From: a virus
Direction: 5' to 3' (one strand)
DNA length: 41,306 bases
IMG/VR virus record: IMGVR_UViG_3300045988_168500
Coordinates: 1-41,306 of that record
Part shown: positions 16,826-26,347 of the stretch, piece after piece
Position numbering within the stretch: position 1 is the stretch's first letter
How the letters are laid out: each line of letters starts with the position of its first letter
Program-made: the position numbers and the translations under genes
Notes under the pieces: model-generated
Told to the model about the DNA's origin: nothing
Seen by the model: the letters and a program-made list of their open reading frames with translations, nothing else
Database searches by the model: none

Positions 16826-19800
16826 ATGAATAAAGCAGTTAAAATATGTATTTTCAATAAAAATACTCCTAAAGAAACGGTAATTTTGAGTAATGGTGAT
16901 GCAATACTTGATAATATTTGTACAAGCTGCAAAGTTACAGAAAATTTAGATGGGACATATGGATTAGATGCAGAGTTTATAATTGACGATGATGGATTGT
17001 GGGAATATCTACAAGAAGAAGCTATATTAAAAATAAAGGTTGATTATGGAGATGAATATTTCAGGATAACAAAACCAAGAAAAACACGAAATAGAATAAT
17101 CATATACGCTATACAAGTCACAATATATGAAACTATTCACTTATGGCTTAATGATGTAAGGCCTACTGGATTAAATGGAACAGCAGCAATAAATTGGATA
17201 TTAGATGGGGCGGTAGGAGTTAAAGAATTAGAAGTATATTCTAATATATCTGCATCTAATACTGCTTACTATGAAGATATGAATATGTATAAAGCTATAC
17301 ATGATTGTGATCAATCATTTCTCAACCGCTGGGGAGGAGAAATACAAAGAAGAGGATATCTTTTAAAAATACTTGATAAAGTAGGAAAAGATAGAGGAGT
17401 ACAAATAAGGTCATGTAAAAATTTAAAAGGATTTGAAGCAAATACAGATGTAGATAGTATTACAACTAGAATTAAACCAAAAGGTTATGACGGAATAACC
17501 ATTAATGGCTTTATAGATAGCCCTATATTGAATAATTATGCTAGAGCTTATACTAAAGAATTTACTTATAGTGATGTAAAAGTAAAATCTTCAGAGAGTG
17601 AAACAGAAGGATTTAACACACTAGAAGAAGCTCAGGCCGAACTAAAAAGGTTAGCACAATTAGAATATACCGAAAATAATGTAGATATTATCAGTGCGGA
17701 TTATACTATAGATTTTGTTGATTTAAGTCAAACTGAAGAATATAAAAACTATATAAAAGCAGAAAAAGTTTATATAGGCGATGAAGTATCAGTTTTTGAA
17801 AGTAAATTAAATATAAATGTAGTTGTAAGAGCAATAGAAAGAAAATACAATGTTTTAACACAGAAAGTAGAAGAAATAAAACTATCAAATAAAGATATAG
17901 GTAGAAAATCAATAAATGACGTAATGATTGATATTTCAAAGGATATAGAAAAGAATGATAATTCAATAGAAAAATGGATACAAAGTTTTATAAATTCAGG
18001 AATAAAGGACAGTTATGTATTTTACAATAAAGAAGAATTAGTTGTATGTGATAGCCCTACTATAGAAGAAGCTATACATGTATGGAGATTCAATAAAAAT
18101 GGATTAGCACATAGTGCAAATGGATATCAAGGACCATATGATGTAGCTTTAACAGCAAATGGCCAAATAAATGCAAATATGATTTTAGCGGGTACATTAA
18201 AAGGACAGTATATAGATGCTAGAAATATGGTTATAAAAGATGAAGATGGAAATGTAACCTTTTCAGTAGGTAGTGATGCGATTGTAAGAATGATACAAGG
18301 ACTTATAGATATTTCAGATGAAGGGATAAGAATTAACTTACAAGATAGTGAGAGTAACATTGTAGGTTATGTTATCTATGATGGTCAAGGTGTTCAAATA
18401 TTTACAAATAATGACGAGCCTATAAGTTCATTTCATAGAGAGGGAGCTTATACAGAAAAATTAGTTACTGACAAGTTGATATGTTCTCAAGTTGTACAAA
18501 TAGCTGATTTTAATGGATGTCCTCTTGATTGGTACATAGCACCAACTGCTACTGGAGAAGGTACAGGTAAAGATGAAAATAATAAGGCAAACTCTTTAAA
18601 AGATGTATTAAGGCATATAAAACAATATGGATATAAATTTAATAATGTAATTACTATTCATATAGAAGAAAATTGTATATTGAACGAAGATGTAGTTATA
18701 CAAGACTTTATGGGAACGTTATTTAAAATAGCATTAGGAAAAAATGTTGTCATAAATTGTAAAAAATTTAAAGTAGAAGATTTGCTTAGTAGAATGACAA
18801 TAGAATATGATGCTGATAAAAGATTAGTAGCTGGAGAAATAACTCAAACAGATTATAATAATTATCCAATTATAAATTTAGTTGATTCTTCTTTAGAAAA
18901 TTATGTATTTTCAGCATCTAATGTAAATTATGTCGAAATAAAAGGAATAAGATTTCATGGAGTAGAGGGTACTACAGGAATTGGTTCATTTGCTGCTTCT
19001 AATATAGTTATAGATAATTGTGACTTTTCAGGAGTAGATAAATGTGTAGTTGCTGATGGACAAAGTAAAGTTTCACTGGGGTGGAGTTCTGGAAATGTTG
19101 AAAAAATTGCAAGTGTATATAATGGTAGTATATTTACTTCAAGTAGAATAATACCAAAATATTCAGATAATGAAATGGTATATGTTTCAGAAAATGCTAT
19201 ATTTATACCTAATACAAACGGTTACACTCAATTTGATACATTATATACTCCTACAACAACATCTACAAGTACAAATATAACAGATAATATTTGTATAGAT
19301 ACTGCTAACTTATATACATTAGTAGAGGGTGAAGGCGAAGAGGATGAACAAACCGTACCAAGAAAAGGATATACAGGGCAGGGCAAATATAAAGAAAACT
19401 CAAAATCACATAGAGGGTATATCAAATTACCTGTAAGTGTAATAAAAGATGTATTATCAAATAAAAAAGAATACAATGTAAAACTTAGAATGACAAGACT
19501 CAATACGGAACATGGTTACAATAGTAAAACACCACATCCGATTATTAGAGCGGTAGGTGGAAGTAGCGGAACAACCGATTATTGGGACAGTAATATTAAA
19601 TTTGCTAGAGGAGAAACACAAGATATAACATTGCCTGCATCAATAGTACAAGCTATAGAAAAAGGAGCTACTTCATTAGAATTATTCGTAAATAGCAATC
19701 AATTAGAACAGTATTCTTTCTATGGAGATGTAAGCCTTATAGTAGAAGGTACAAATAGTAATCCTGGAGAGGAAGATAAACCAAGTGGTCCAGTAGGTAC

Positions 19801-21466
19801 AGGTGAAACTGCTTATAATGCAACTGGTACAACAACAGCTAATCTTAATGTGAGAAAAGGAGCTGGTGTAAACTATGGAATAATTACAACTCTACCACAA
19901 GGAACAACAGTTACAATAGTTGCCAAAGACAATGCCACAGGTTGGTACAAAATAAGTTACAATGGAGCTTATGGTTATGTTTCAAATAAATATGTCACTA
20001 TAACATCAACAGGGACAACAATAGATCCTACAATTATTCAAGATTTCCCATATGCTGATGAAATGGTAGAAGTTGGACTAACATATTGGAGAGTATGCGA
20101 TAAAGAGTATACAAGTGGTCAATCATGGTCACAAGGTTTTACCTATAGAAGTGCAAATACTCCGCTTAGTGGTAGCTGTACGGCTGACCAAGACGTTGCC
20201 GATTCATTATGGGTAGCAGTTACTAGAAGTGGAAAGACAAGGCATTATAAAGCAATAGATTGTAGTACATTCTCAGGCATGATGACAAAAGGACTTGAAT
20301 ATGCGAATGGACCATATGCTAATAAGACCAACTTTACAAACTTTAGAAAAAATATTCTTCAGAAAAGCGACAAGGCATGGGCATTTAACATGGTCAAGGC
20401 AGATGGTACATGGGCAAGAGAGGCAGCAGCTCAATGTGAGTATTTCGATAGAGTTGGTCTTGGAATTGTATATTACAGAAATGTAGATACAGGAAAAACT
20501 TACGGAAGCAAGGGCTCAGCTGATGATAATTTCTCACCAATAAAAAAAGGGGACTTAATATTCTATTCTAAAAAAGACTCTAGCGGAAATTGGAAACAAC
20601 CTAATAGATATATGAAGGTTTCTCATGTAGCAGTGTGCTACGGAAATAATTCAAGCGGAAATAAGTCAGTTATAGAATCTACAAACGGAACTATGACAAA
20701 GAATCACACGTTTGATGACGGAACAACAATTAATGCCGGCATAAGAATAGTTTCTATAGCAGGTAATTCGGGATATGCAGACGATATAGTAATGGTAGTT
20801 AGACCTCAACCGACTCACTATAACGGAACATTGCCAGGAGGAAGCACAGGCGATACAGGTAATACAGGAAGTGGGACTGGAGTAACTGATACAGGTACAA
20901 CAGAATATACAAATTGTGTAAGCGAGCAAGGAACAATAGATGGCAATAAATATGTTTACAGATTAAAACAATGTAAAATAACAGCTTATGGCGGAGATTC
21001 TGGAAGTGCATGTAATATACCTCTTAATCTAGGCAAGACTTGCGGTTCATTCAATCTTCCATATGGAACCAAAGTTTATATCCCAAGTCTTAAAGGTAAA
21101 ACTATTACAGATGGAAATAGCAAAACAGCAACTTGTGATGGTATATTTACAGTGAATGACACGGGTGTAGGCGGAACAGACTTTGACCTTTATATGAGTA
21201 CAAAATCAGATACAAATGCCGAAAGTGTATTTGGAAATACAAGAAGAGAAGATGTTTACATATTAAGTTATGGCAGTGGATATGGTTATGCTTGGTCATA
21301 CACACAAAGTTATAAATGGGCTTACAATAATGGAACTTTAAGCGCTTATAAAGTGGCTTTCAAGGACTATATCAAATACGGAGGTACGTTAATAAACTTC
21401 CTTAAATTCAAAAATGATGATGCAAATATAAGAAGTTCTACATATTGGAGCATATTAAACAGTTAA
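16826..21466 (+). CDS. tail-associated lysin (Tal): prophage-tail N-domain + beta-helix-like middle + SH3 + NlpC/P60 + 3D/DPBB domain
   Basis: SH3-like TANLNVRKGAGVNYGIITTLPQGTTVTIV..GWYKISYNGAYGYV. NlpC/P60 Cys in AIDCSTFSG and His in VSHVAVCYG. 3D-type ITAYGGDSGSAC...FTVNDTGVGGTDFDLYM. Confidence 0.8.
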   Translation: MNKAVKICIFNKNTPKETVILSNGDAILDNICTSCKVTENLDGTYGLDAEFIIDDDGLWEYLQEEAILKIKVDYGDEYFRITKPRKTRNRIIIYAIQVTIYETIHLWLNDVRPTGLNGTAAINWILDGAVGVKELEVYSNISASNTAYYEDMNMYKAIHDCDQSFLNRWGGEIQRRGYLLKILDKVGKDRGVQIRSCKNLKGFEANTDVDSITTRIKPKGYDGITINGFIDSPILNNYARAYTKEFTYSDVKVKSSESETEGFNTLEEAQAELKRLAQLEYTENNVDIISADYTIDFVDLSQTEEYKNYIKAEKVYIGDEVSVFESKLNINVVVRAIERKYNVLTQKVEEIKLSNKDIGRKSINDVMIDISKDIEKNDNSIEKWIQSFINSGIKDSYVFYNKEELVVCDSPTIEEAIHVWRFNKNGLAHSANGYQGPYDVALTANGQINANMILAGTLKGQYIDARNMVIKDEDGNVTFSVGSDAIVRMIQGLIDISDEGIRINLQDSESNIVGYVIYDGQGVQIFTNNDEPISSFHREGAYTEKLVTDKLICSQVVQIADFNGCPLDWYIAPTATGEGTGKDENNKANSLKDVLRHIKQYGYKFNNVITIHIEENCILNEDVVIQDFMGTLFKIALGKNVVINCKKFKVEDLLSRMTIEYDADKRLVAGEITQTDYNNYPIINLVDSSLENYVFSASNVNYVEIKGIRFHGVEGTTGIGSFAASNIVIDNCDFSGVDKCVVADGQSKVSLGWSSGNVEKIASVYNGSIFTSSRIIPKYSDNEMVYVSENAIFIPNTNGYTQFDTLYTPTTTSTSTNITDNICIDTANLYTLVEGEGEEDEQTVPRKGYTGQGKYKENSKSHRGYIKLPVSVIKDVLSNKKEYNVKLRMTRLNTEHGYNSKTPHPIIRAVGGSSGTTDYWDSNIKFARGETQDITLPASIVQAIEKGATSLELFVNSNQLEQYSFYGDVSLIVEGTNSNPGEEDKPSGPVGTGETAYNATGTTTANLNVRKGAGVNYGIITTLPQGTTVTIVAKDNATGWYKISYNGAYGYVSNKYVTITSTGTTIDPTIIQDFPYADEMVEVGLTYWRVCDKEYTSGQSWSQGFTYRSANTPLSGSCTADQDVADSLWVAVTRSGKTRHYKAIDCSTFSGMMTKGLEYANGPYANKTNFTNFRKNILQKSDKAWAFNMVKADGTWAREAAAQCEYFDRVGLGIVYYRNVDTGKTYGSKGSADDNFSPIKKGDLIFYSKKDSSGNWKQPNRYMKVSHVAVCYGNNSSGNKSVIESTNGTMTKNHTFDDGTTINAGIRIVSIAGNSGYADDIVMVVRPQPTHYNGTLPGGSTGDTGNTGSGTGVTDTGTTEYTNCVSEQGTIDGNKYVYRLKQCKITAYGGDSGSACNIPLNLGKTCGSFNLPYGTKVYIPSLKGKTITDGNSKTATCDGIFTVNDTGVGGTDFDLYMSTKSDTNAESVFGNTRREDVYILSYGSGYGYAWSYTQSYKWAYNNGTLSAYKVAFKDYIKYGGTLINFLKFKNDDANIRSSTYWSILNS

Positions 21467-21479
21467 TAGGAGGTGTATT

Positions 21480-24314
21480 ATGAGAGATTATGATATAGAG
21501 AGTGATTTAAAGCAGGAAAAATTTCAACATCTAAAATTAGTTCAAGGTGATAGAGGGAATAAAATAAAAATAAATGTGTATGAAGATGGGCAACCAGTAA
21601 ATCTAACTGGTTGCTCTATTACTGCTAAATACAAAAGAGCAGATGGACAAGTAATAAATGGATCCGTAACAAATATATCTAATAATTCATTTGATGCCGT
21701 AATAGATAGTGATATAACAAAAGTAGTAGGAACTTTAAAAATGATATTCTCCGTAGAAAAAGACGATGTAAAAGTAAGTACATTCTTATTATTAGCAGAG
21801 GTAAAGGAAGGCATAGGAGAAAGTACAGGAGGTTCAACTGGAGGAAGTACAGGAGGTGGAGAAGTAACAGTAGACCTTAGCAATTATTATAAAAAAAATG
21901 AGACTTATTCAAAAGCACAGATTGATTCGCAATTTAAAGATATTGCGAAAAAAACTATAGTTGAAGGAAATAAAATATATTTAGCAAAAAACGATGGAAC
22001 TAAACTAGATGAAGGAACTGATTTACCTACTTCTAGTGGTTCTAGTACAGCAGATAGTATAACTATAAAAGATACAGGTAATAATTTTACTGCTACAAAC
22101 GTAGAAGGGGCGTTATCAGAGCTTTTTCAATCTGCCAGTAATGGAAAAACATTAGTTGCAAATGCTGTTACTGGCAAAGGAGTTGCAACTAATCCAAGTG
22201 ATAGTTTTCAAACTATGGCGACTAATATAGGTAAAATTAGTAGTGGTAGTAGTGTTACATATTCTATAACAAATAATCTAAGTCATGCAGTTAATAATAA
22301 TAGCAATACTACAGTAGAAAAATATAATTCTTATAGTGCTAATATAACCGTTGAAACTGGTTATAAACTTGATTCGGTTACAGTTACTATGGGAGGAACA
22401 GATATTACTTCTAGTTGTTATAGTAATGGCAATATAAGTATTGAACATGTTACAGGCGATATAGTTATAACAGTCGTAACATCTATAATACCAGCCAAAA
22501 CTTACACTATAACAAATACATTGACTAATTGCAGTAACAATAATAGTGCTACAACAATAGAAGAAGGTTCTTCTTATAGTGCTACAATAACTGCAAATAG
22601 TGGATATACTCTTGGTGCAATAACAGTTACTATGAACGGAACAAATATAACATCTAGTTGTGTAAGTGAAAATGTTATTACGATTGCAAATGTTACTGGC
22701 AACATAGCAATAACTGCAACAGCTACTCAAAGTGCATTATATTCATTCGGTGTAATGTCCGATATTCATATACCAACTGATGAAACTTCTGATACTGTAT
22801 ATGGAAGTAAATACCAAGGAATTACAAAATTTACTAATGTAATTAATAAATTGAAAGATAGTGATTTAGATTTTGTATGTGCTACTGGAGATTTAACTAC
22901 TTATGGATACGATGTTCAGTATCAGAATGTAGTTAATATATTAAATAATTTAAATAAACCTTTTTATTCTCCTAACGGAAATCATGACATGATTTATAAT
23001 GGAGATACAAATAATACTAAATGGACAAATTACTTTGGACATGGAATGAATTATGTTTTTACAAAGAATAATGATGTATTTATATTTGTTTCAATGAAAC
23101 TTAATGGGACTAATGAAAACCCATATGAGTCAAGTATTGATTGGCTAGAAACTCAATTAAATAATTATAAAAACAAAAGATTGTTTTTATTTATACATTA
23201 TCCATTATATAGTTTTGCAGGACTAAAAACAAATCAATATTATGGTTGGGTTGAGGCATCAACTGAAGATGATAGAATACTAAAATTATTAAAACAACAT
23301 TTAAATGTTCATTGTTTTAGTGGTCATACTCACTACATATTTGAATTACAAGAAAAATACCCTAATATTAATGTTTCTAAATTAGATTATTATTATACAT
23401 CATTAATTCATGTACCTTCATTGACACAACCAAGAAATGATGCAGGTAATATGACTAATTTAAGTGATTCAAATCAATATTTGGAAATGTGGAAAGTAAA
23501 CGTTTATGCTGATAAAATAGTGTTAAATGCTATTAATTTAGTGAACGACCAGACATTATATACTTACGAAATAGATACAAATGCTGATTACAGTAGAAGT
23601 AATGGATTGACTGTATCTACGTTTAATGTATCTCTTAATGAAGGTAGTACTTCAGATGCAATAACTATAGGTTTAGAAAAAGCTCCTAGTGAAAATATAA
23701 CAATTAATATTGCAAGTAATAACCAATATGTAACTCCAAGCAAAACATCTATTACATTTACTCCAACAAATTATTCAAATACATTTACAGTAAGTGCTGT
23801 AGATGACGGAACAACTGCTGATTATACTTGTCTAATAGAAATTACAAGTGATGCAGTTCCTTCATTAGATATAAATATAGCAGTAACAAATACAACAACT
23901 GAAAAACCATCAGATGGAATACCTCGTTATGATATAAGTGCATATGCAACTGGTGCTAATTGTAAAGGTATACCATATTTCAAACATGATGATTATAAAG
24001 AATATCCATATGTTTATTTAAATCCAAATACTGCTATAAATGGTGAAGTATATATTACAACATCAATGGTATATCATTTAGGTTCAACTCAAAGATTTTT
24101 AGGTAGTTATAAACGATATAGATGGAACAGTTCACAAGGTTGGTATCAATATAAAGCAGGTGCTAGTTCAGGTAATACTCCTATTACTATAACTGGTAAT
24201 GGTATGTTAACACATGGTAATGTGGCTATGCCGAATGGTGAATTTGTTAATAATAAATTGCAACCAACAGAAGGAAATTATTTTGAGGCTGATTTAGTCG
24301 CTTTACAATTTTAA
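21480..24314 (+). CDS. receptor-binding / tail fibre protein: BppU-like N-domain, two Ig-like repeats, calcineurin-like metallophosphoesterase, C-terminal head
   Basis: LKLVQGDRGNKIKINVYEDGQPVNLTG resembles BppU_N. The STGG linker follows. Phosphoesterase motifs: GVMSDIHIP, ATGDLTTYG, GNHD, GHTHY. Confidence 0.8.
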   Translation: MRDYDIESDLKQEKFQHLKLVQGDRGNKIKINVYEDGQPVNLTGCSITAKYKRADGQVINGSVTNISNNSFDAVIDSDITKVVGTLKMIFSVEKDDVKVSTFLLLAEVKEGIGESTGGSTGGSTGGGEVTVDLSNYYKKNETYSKAQIDSQFKDIAKKTIVEGNKIYLAKNDGTKLDEGTDLPTSSGSSTADSITIKDTGNNFTATNVEGALSELFQSASNGKTLVANAVTGKGVATNPSDSFQTMATNIGKISSGSSVTYSITNNLSHAVNNNSNTTVEKYNSYSANITVETGYKLDSVTVTMGGTDITSSCYSNGNISIEHVTGDIVITVVTSIIPAKTYTITNTLTNCSNNNSATTIEEGSSYSATITANSGYTLGAITVTMNGTNITSSCVSENVITIANVTGNIAITATATQSALYSFGVMSDIHIPTDETSDTVYGSKYQGITKFTNVINKLKDSDLDFVCATGDLTTYGYDVQYQNVVNILNNLNKPFYSPNGNHDMIYNGDTNNTKWTNYFGHGMNYVFTKNNDVFIFVSMKLNGTNENPYESSIDWLETQLNNYKNKRLFLFIHYPLYSFAGLKTNQYYGWVEASTEDDRILKLLKQHLNVHCFSGHTHYIFELQEKYPNINVSKLDYYYTSLIHVPSLTQPRNDAGNMTNLSDSNQYLEMWKVNVYADKIVLNAINLVNDQTLYTYEIDTNADYSRSNGLTVSTFNVSLNEGSTSDAITIGLEKAPSENITINIASNNQYVTPSKTSITFTPTNYSNTFTVSAVDDGTTADYTCLIEITSDAVPSLDINIAVTNTTTEKPSDGIPRYDISAYATGANCKGIPYFKHDDYKEYPYVYLNPNTAINGEVYITTSMVYHLGSTQRFLGSYKRYRWNSSQGWYQYKAGASSGNTPITITGNGMLTHGNVAMPNGEFVNNKLQPTEGNYFEADLVALQF

Positions 24315-24328
24315 ATAACTTAAAACCT

Positions 24329-24351
24329 AGAACTGAATAGTTCTTTTTTTA
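24329..24351 (+). terminator. rho-independent terminator after the structural operon
   Basis: AGAACT-GAAT-AGTTCT followed by TTTTTTT. Confidence 0.75.
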
Positions 24352-24422
24352 TTGCAAAAATTGAATAAGTTCGCAATTTAAAAATATTGCGTACTAATTT
24401 ATCAAGTGAATAGGAGGATTTA

Positions 24423-24650
24423 ATGGAATACAAAAGAGAATATTGTTGCCCAGAGTGTGGCTTGATATGGATTCAAAAAGTTAATGCTGGAGCTATTAAT
24501 AATATCGTTTGTCCAGAATGTGAAAATCAATATAACTATGCATGTGATACATTTGGATATGCATATGCAGCTCAAAGCATAAAAGAAAATTTAGAAAAAA
24601 ATAATAAAAAGATACATTATGATAAGGAACATCCTTTTTATAATAAATAA
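24423..24650 (+). CDS. zinc-ribbon protein (75 aa)
   Basis: CPECG...CPECE motifs. AGGAGG RBS. Confidence 0.6.
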   Translation: MEYKREYCCPECGLIWIQKVNAGAINNIVCPECENQYNYACDTFGYAYAAQSIKENLEKNNKKIHYDKEHPFYNK

Positions 24651-24784
24651 GATCATAGAGCAGTTAAAAATGGTATTTAAACCATCTTATAGTATAATAA
24701 CTGTAAAGGGGGTGAAAAAGATGTAAAATGTGAGAATACAAGAATAAAAACTATATATAATTAAAAAAACTAAATCTATTTTTA

Positions 24785-24813
24785 AAAGGACTGTAGCGGT
24801 ACAGTCCTTTTTT
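24785..24813 (+). terminator. strong intrinsic terminator 25 nt upstream of the holin start
   Basis: AAAGGACTGTA-GCGG-TACAGTCCTTT followed by TTT. Confidence 0.8.
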
Positions 24814-24838
24814 AGTATAGTATAGAAAGGAGTAAAAT

Positions 24839-25258
24839 ATGGAGAAATATTTCAATGCAGTAAGTATTATAATAGGGATAATTGGAGGGTTTATTTGTAA
24901 GCATTTAGGAGGCTTCGACATGTTATTAGGAGTTATTATAACACTTGTAGTTCTAGACTATTTAACTGGAATTCTGAAGGCAATTTATAATAAAAAGTTA
25001 TCTAGTGAAGTAGGCTATAAAGGGATAATAAAGAAAATATTTATTTTTATAGTAATAGCCACAGCATATGAAGTACAAAAAGTAACAGGAAATAACATAC
25101 CACTTAGAGAAATGACATTAATGTTTTTCATAACGAATGAAGCAATAAGTCTGTTAGAAAATGCTGGGGAGTTTATACCCATTCCAGATAAATTAAGAGA
25201 TGTATTAATCCAGTTAAGAGATAAAAATGTTAACATAGGAGATGGAGAGGATGAGTAA
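24839..25258 (+). CDS. holin (toxin-secretion/phage-lysis holin family)
   Basis: 139 aa, three hydrophobic helices, VLDYLTGILKA motif. Immediately upstream of and overlapping the endolysin gene. Confidence 0.85.
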   Translation: MEKYFNAVSIIIGIIGGFICKHLGGFDMLLGVIITLVVLDYLTGILKAIYNKKLSSEVGYKGIIKKIFIFIVIATAYEVQKVTGNNIPLREMTLMFFITNEAISLLENAGEFIPIPDKLRDVLIQLRDKNVNIGDGEDE

Positions 25259-26126
25259 ATATTTAGTGGCAATAGATGCAGGTCATGGTATGCATACAGA
25301 AGGTAAACAAAGTGTACCAATGTCAAAGGATTTGTATATAGATAACGAACTGGTAAGAAAAAAAGGAAAGATCATAAAAGAAAATGAATGGAACAGGGGT
25401 GTAAGTGAATATCTAGCAGCAGCACTAAAGAGATGCGGTATAGATACAATGTTTACAGCTGATATGACAGGTAAAACAGATATACCTCTATCAACTAGAG
25501 CAAAGAAGGCTAATAAATATGGTGCTGATATATTAATTTCAAATCATTATAATGCAATAGGAAACTGTGATACTTGGCAAAGTAGAGTTAAGGGGCTTCT
25601 TGTTTTGAGAACTAAAAATGCATCCTCAAAATCAATAAGACTTGGAAAATTAGCAGTTAAGCATTTAGAAAAAGATATAAATTATGAATATAGTTATGGT
25701 TTAATGCGTGATGTAGATATGAGTGGATTTACATTAGCTATTTTACGTCAAACTACTATGCCTGCAATATTAATCGAGTATGGTTTTATGGACTATGAAA
25801 AAGAAGCAAAACTTATGCTTGATAAAAAGCATCAAGAAAAGTGCGCTGAAGCAGTAGCAAAAGCAGTATGTGAATATTTCGGAGTAACTTATATAGCAGA
25901 AAAACAAGAAGAAGCTAACAAGACTAAGTGTGTTAGGATATTGCAAGACATAAATATACATAGCAAGGCTGACTTTACAGAAGAAAATACTATTGGTAAA
26001 GTTACAGCTGGTGGAGCTTATACTGTAGTAGAAACTATAAAACGTAGTGGTACAGATATGTATAAGCTAAAATCAGGAGTTTATATAACAGCATCGCCAA
26101 AATATGTAGAAGTTTTTGAAAAATAA
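25251..26126 (+). CDS. endolysin: N-acetylmuramoyl-L-alanine amidase (Amidase_3) + C-terminal SH3-like wall-binding domain
   Basis: YLVAIDAGHG, ADILISNHYNA and AILIEYGFMD motifs. ATG 25251 is 9 nt after AGGAG; the track start 25242 is an alternative. Confidence 0.9.
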   Translation: MSKYLVAIDAGHGMHTEGKQSVPMSKDLYIDNELVRKKGKIIKENEWNRGVSEYLAAALKRCGIDTMFTADMTGKTDIPLSTRAKKANKYGADILISNHYNAIGNCDTWQSRVKGLLVLRTKNASSKSIRLGKLAVKHLEKDINYEYSYGLMRDVDMSGFTLAILRQTTMPAILIEYGFMDYEKEAKLMLDKKHQEKCAEAVAKAVCEYFGVTYIAEKQEEANKTKCVRILQDINIHSKADFTEENTIGKVTAGGAYTVVETIKRSGTDMYKLKSGVYITASPKYVEVFEK

Positions 26127-26128
26127 TA

Positions 26129-26175
26129 TCTATCGGTCGTTAACGGTCGCGTCCGATAGAGACCGATGCGACCGT
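26129..26175. repeat. GC-rich element built from CGGTCG units; candidate recombination or protein-binding site
   Basis: TCTATCGG (26129-36) is inverted to CCGATAGA (26153-60). ACGGTCGC (26143-50) is inverted to GCGACCGT (26168-75). CGGTCG is direct at 26134 and 26144. Confidence 0.6.
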
Positions 26176-26233
26176 CAATGTATAAATATTCCATATGCAG
26201 TCGATACTCCAAATAAAGGAGAGTGAACGTATT

Positions 26234-26314
26234 ATGAAAATAGCAATAGAATTACTTGGACGAATAAGTTATTTTATGTTAGGTGCTTTATTATGTTTTA
26301 TTATATTAATATAA
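26234..26314 (+). CDS. small hydrophobic peptide (26 aa)
   Basis: AAAGGAGAG RBS. Translation: MKIAIELLGRISYFMLGALLCFIILI*. Confidence 0.35.
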   Translation: MKIAIELLGRISYFMLGALLCFIILI

Positions 26315-26347
26315 AATATAAAAAAATATAAAAAAATAAGATTAAAT

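Noticed and set aside
22278-22730. 150-aa minus-strand ORF and other alternative-frame ORFs inside the tail genes (for example 20295-20486, 20666-21011, 21542-21883)
   Set aside because: They are antisense or out of frame within the Tal and RBP genes, are Cys/Ser/Ile-rich low-complexity sequence, and lack a translation start context.
22254-22733. Diversity-generating retroelement acting on the duplicated Ig-like repeats of the tail fibre
   Set aside because: There is no reverse transcriptase gene and no non-coding template repeat in the genome. The two repeats differ at all base types (about 55% amino-acid identity by hand), not in an adenine-specific pattern.
26129-26175. tRNA or tRNA fragment in the GC-rich islands (also 28039-28061 and 5073-5132)
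   Set aside because: I could fold no cloverleaf, no GGTTCGAATCC-type T-loop is present, and the segments are too short.
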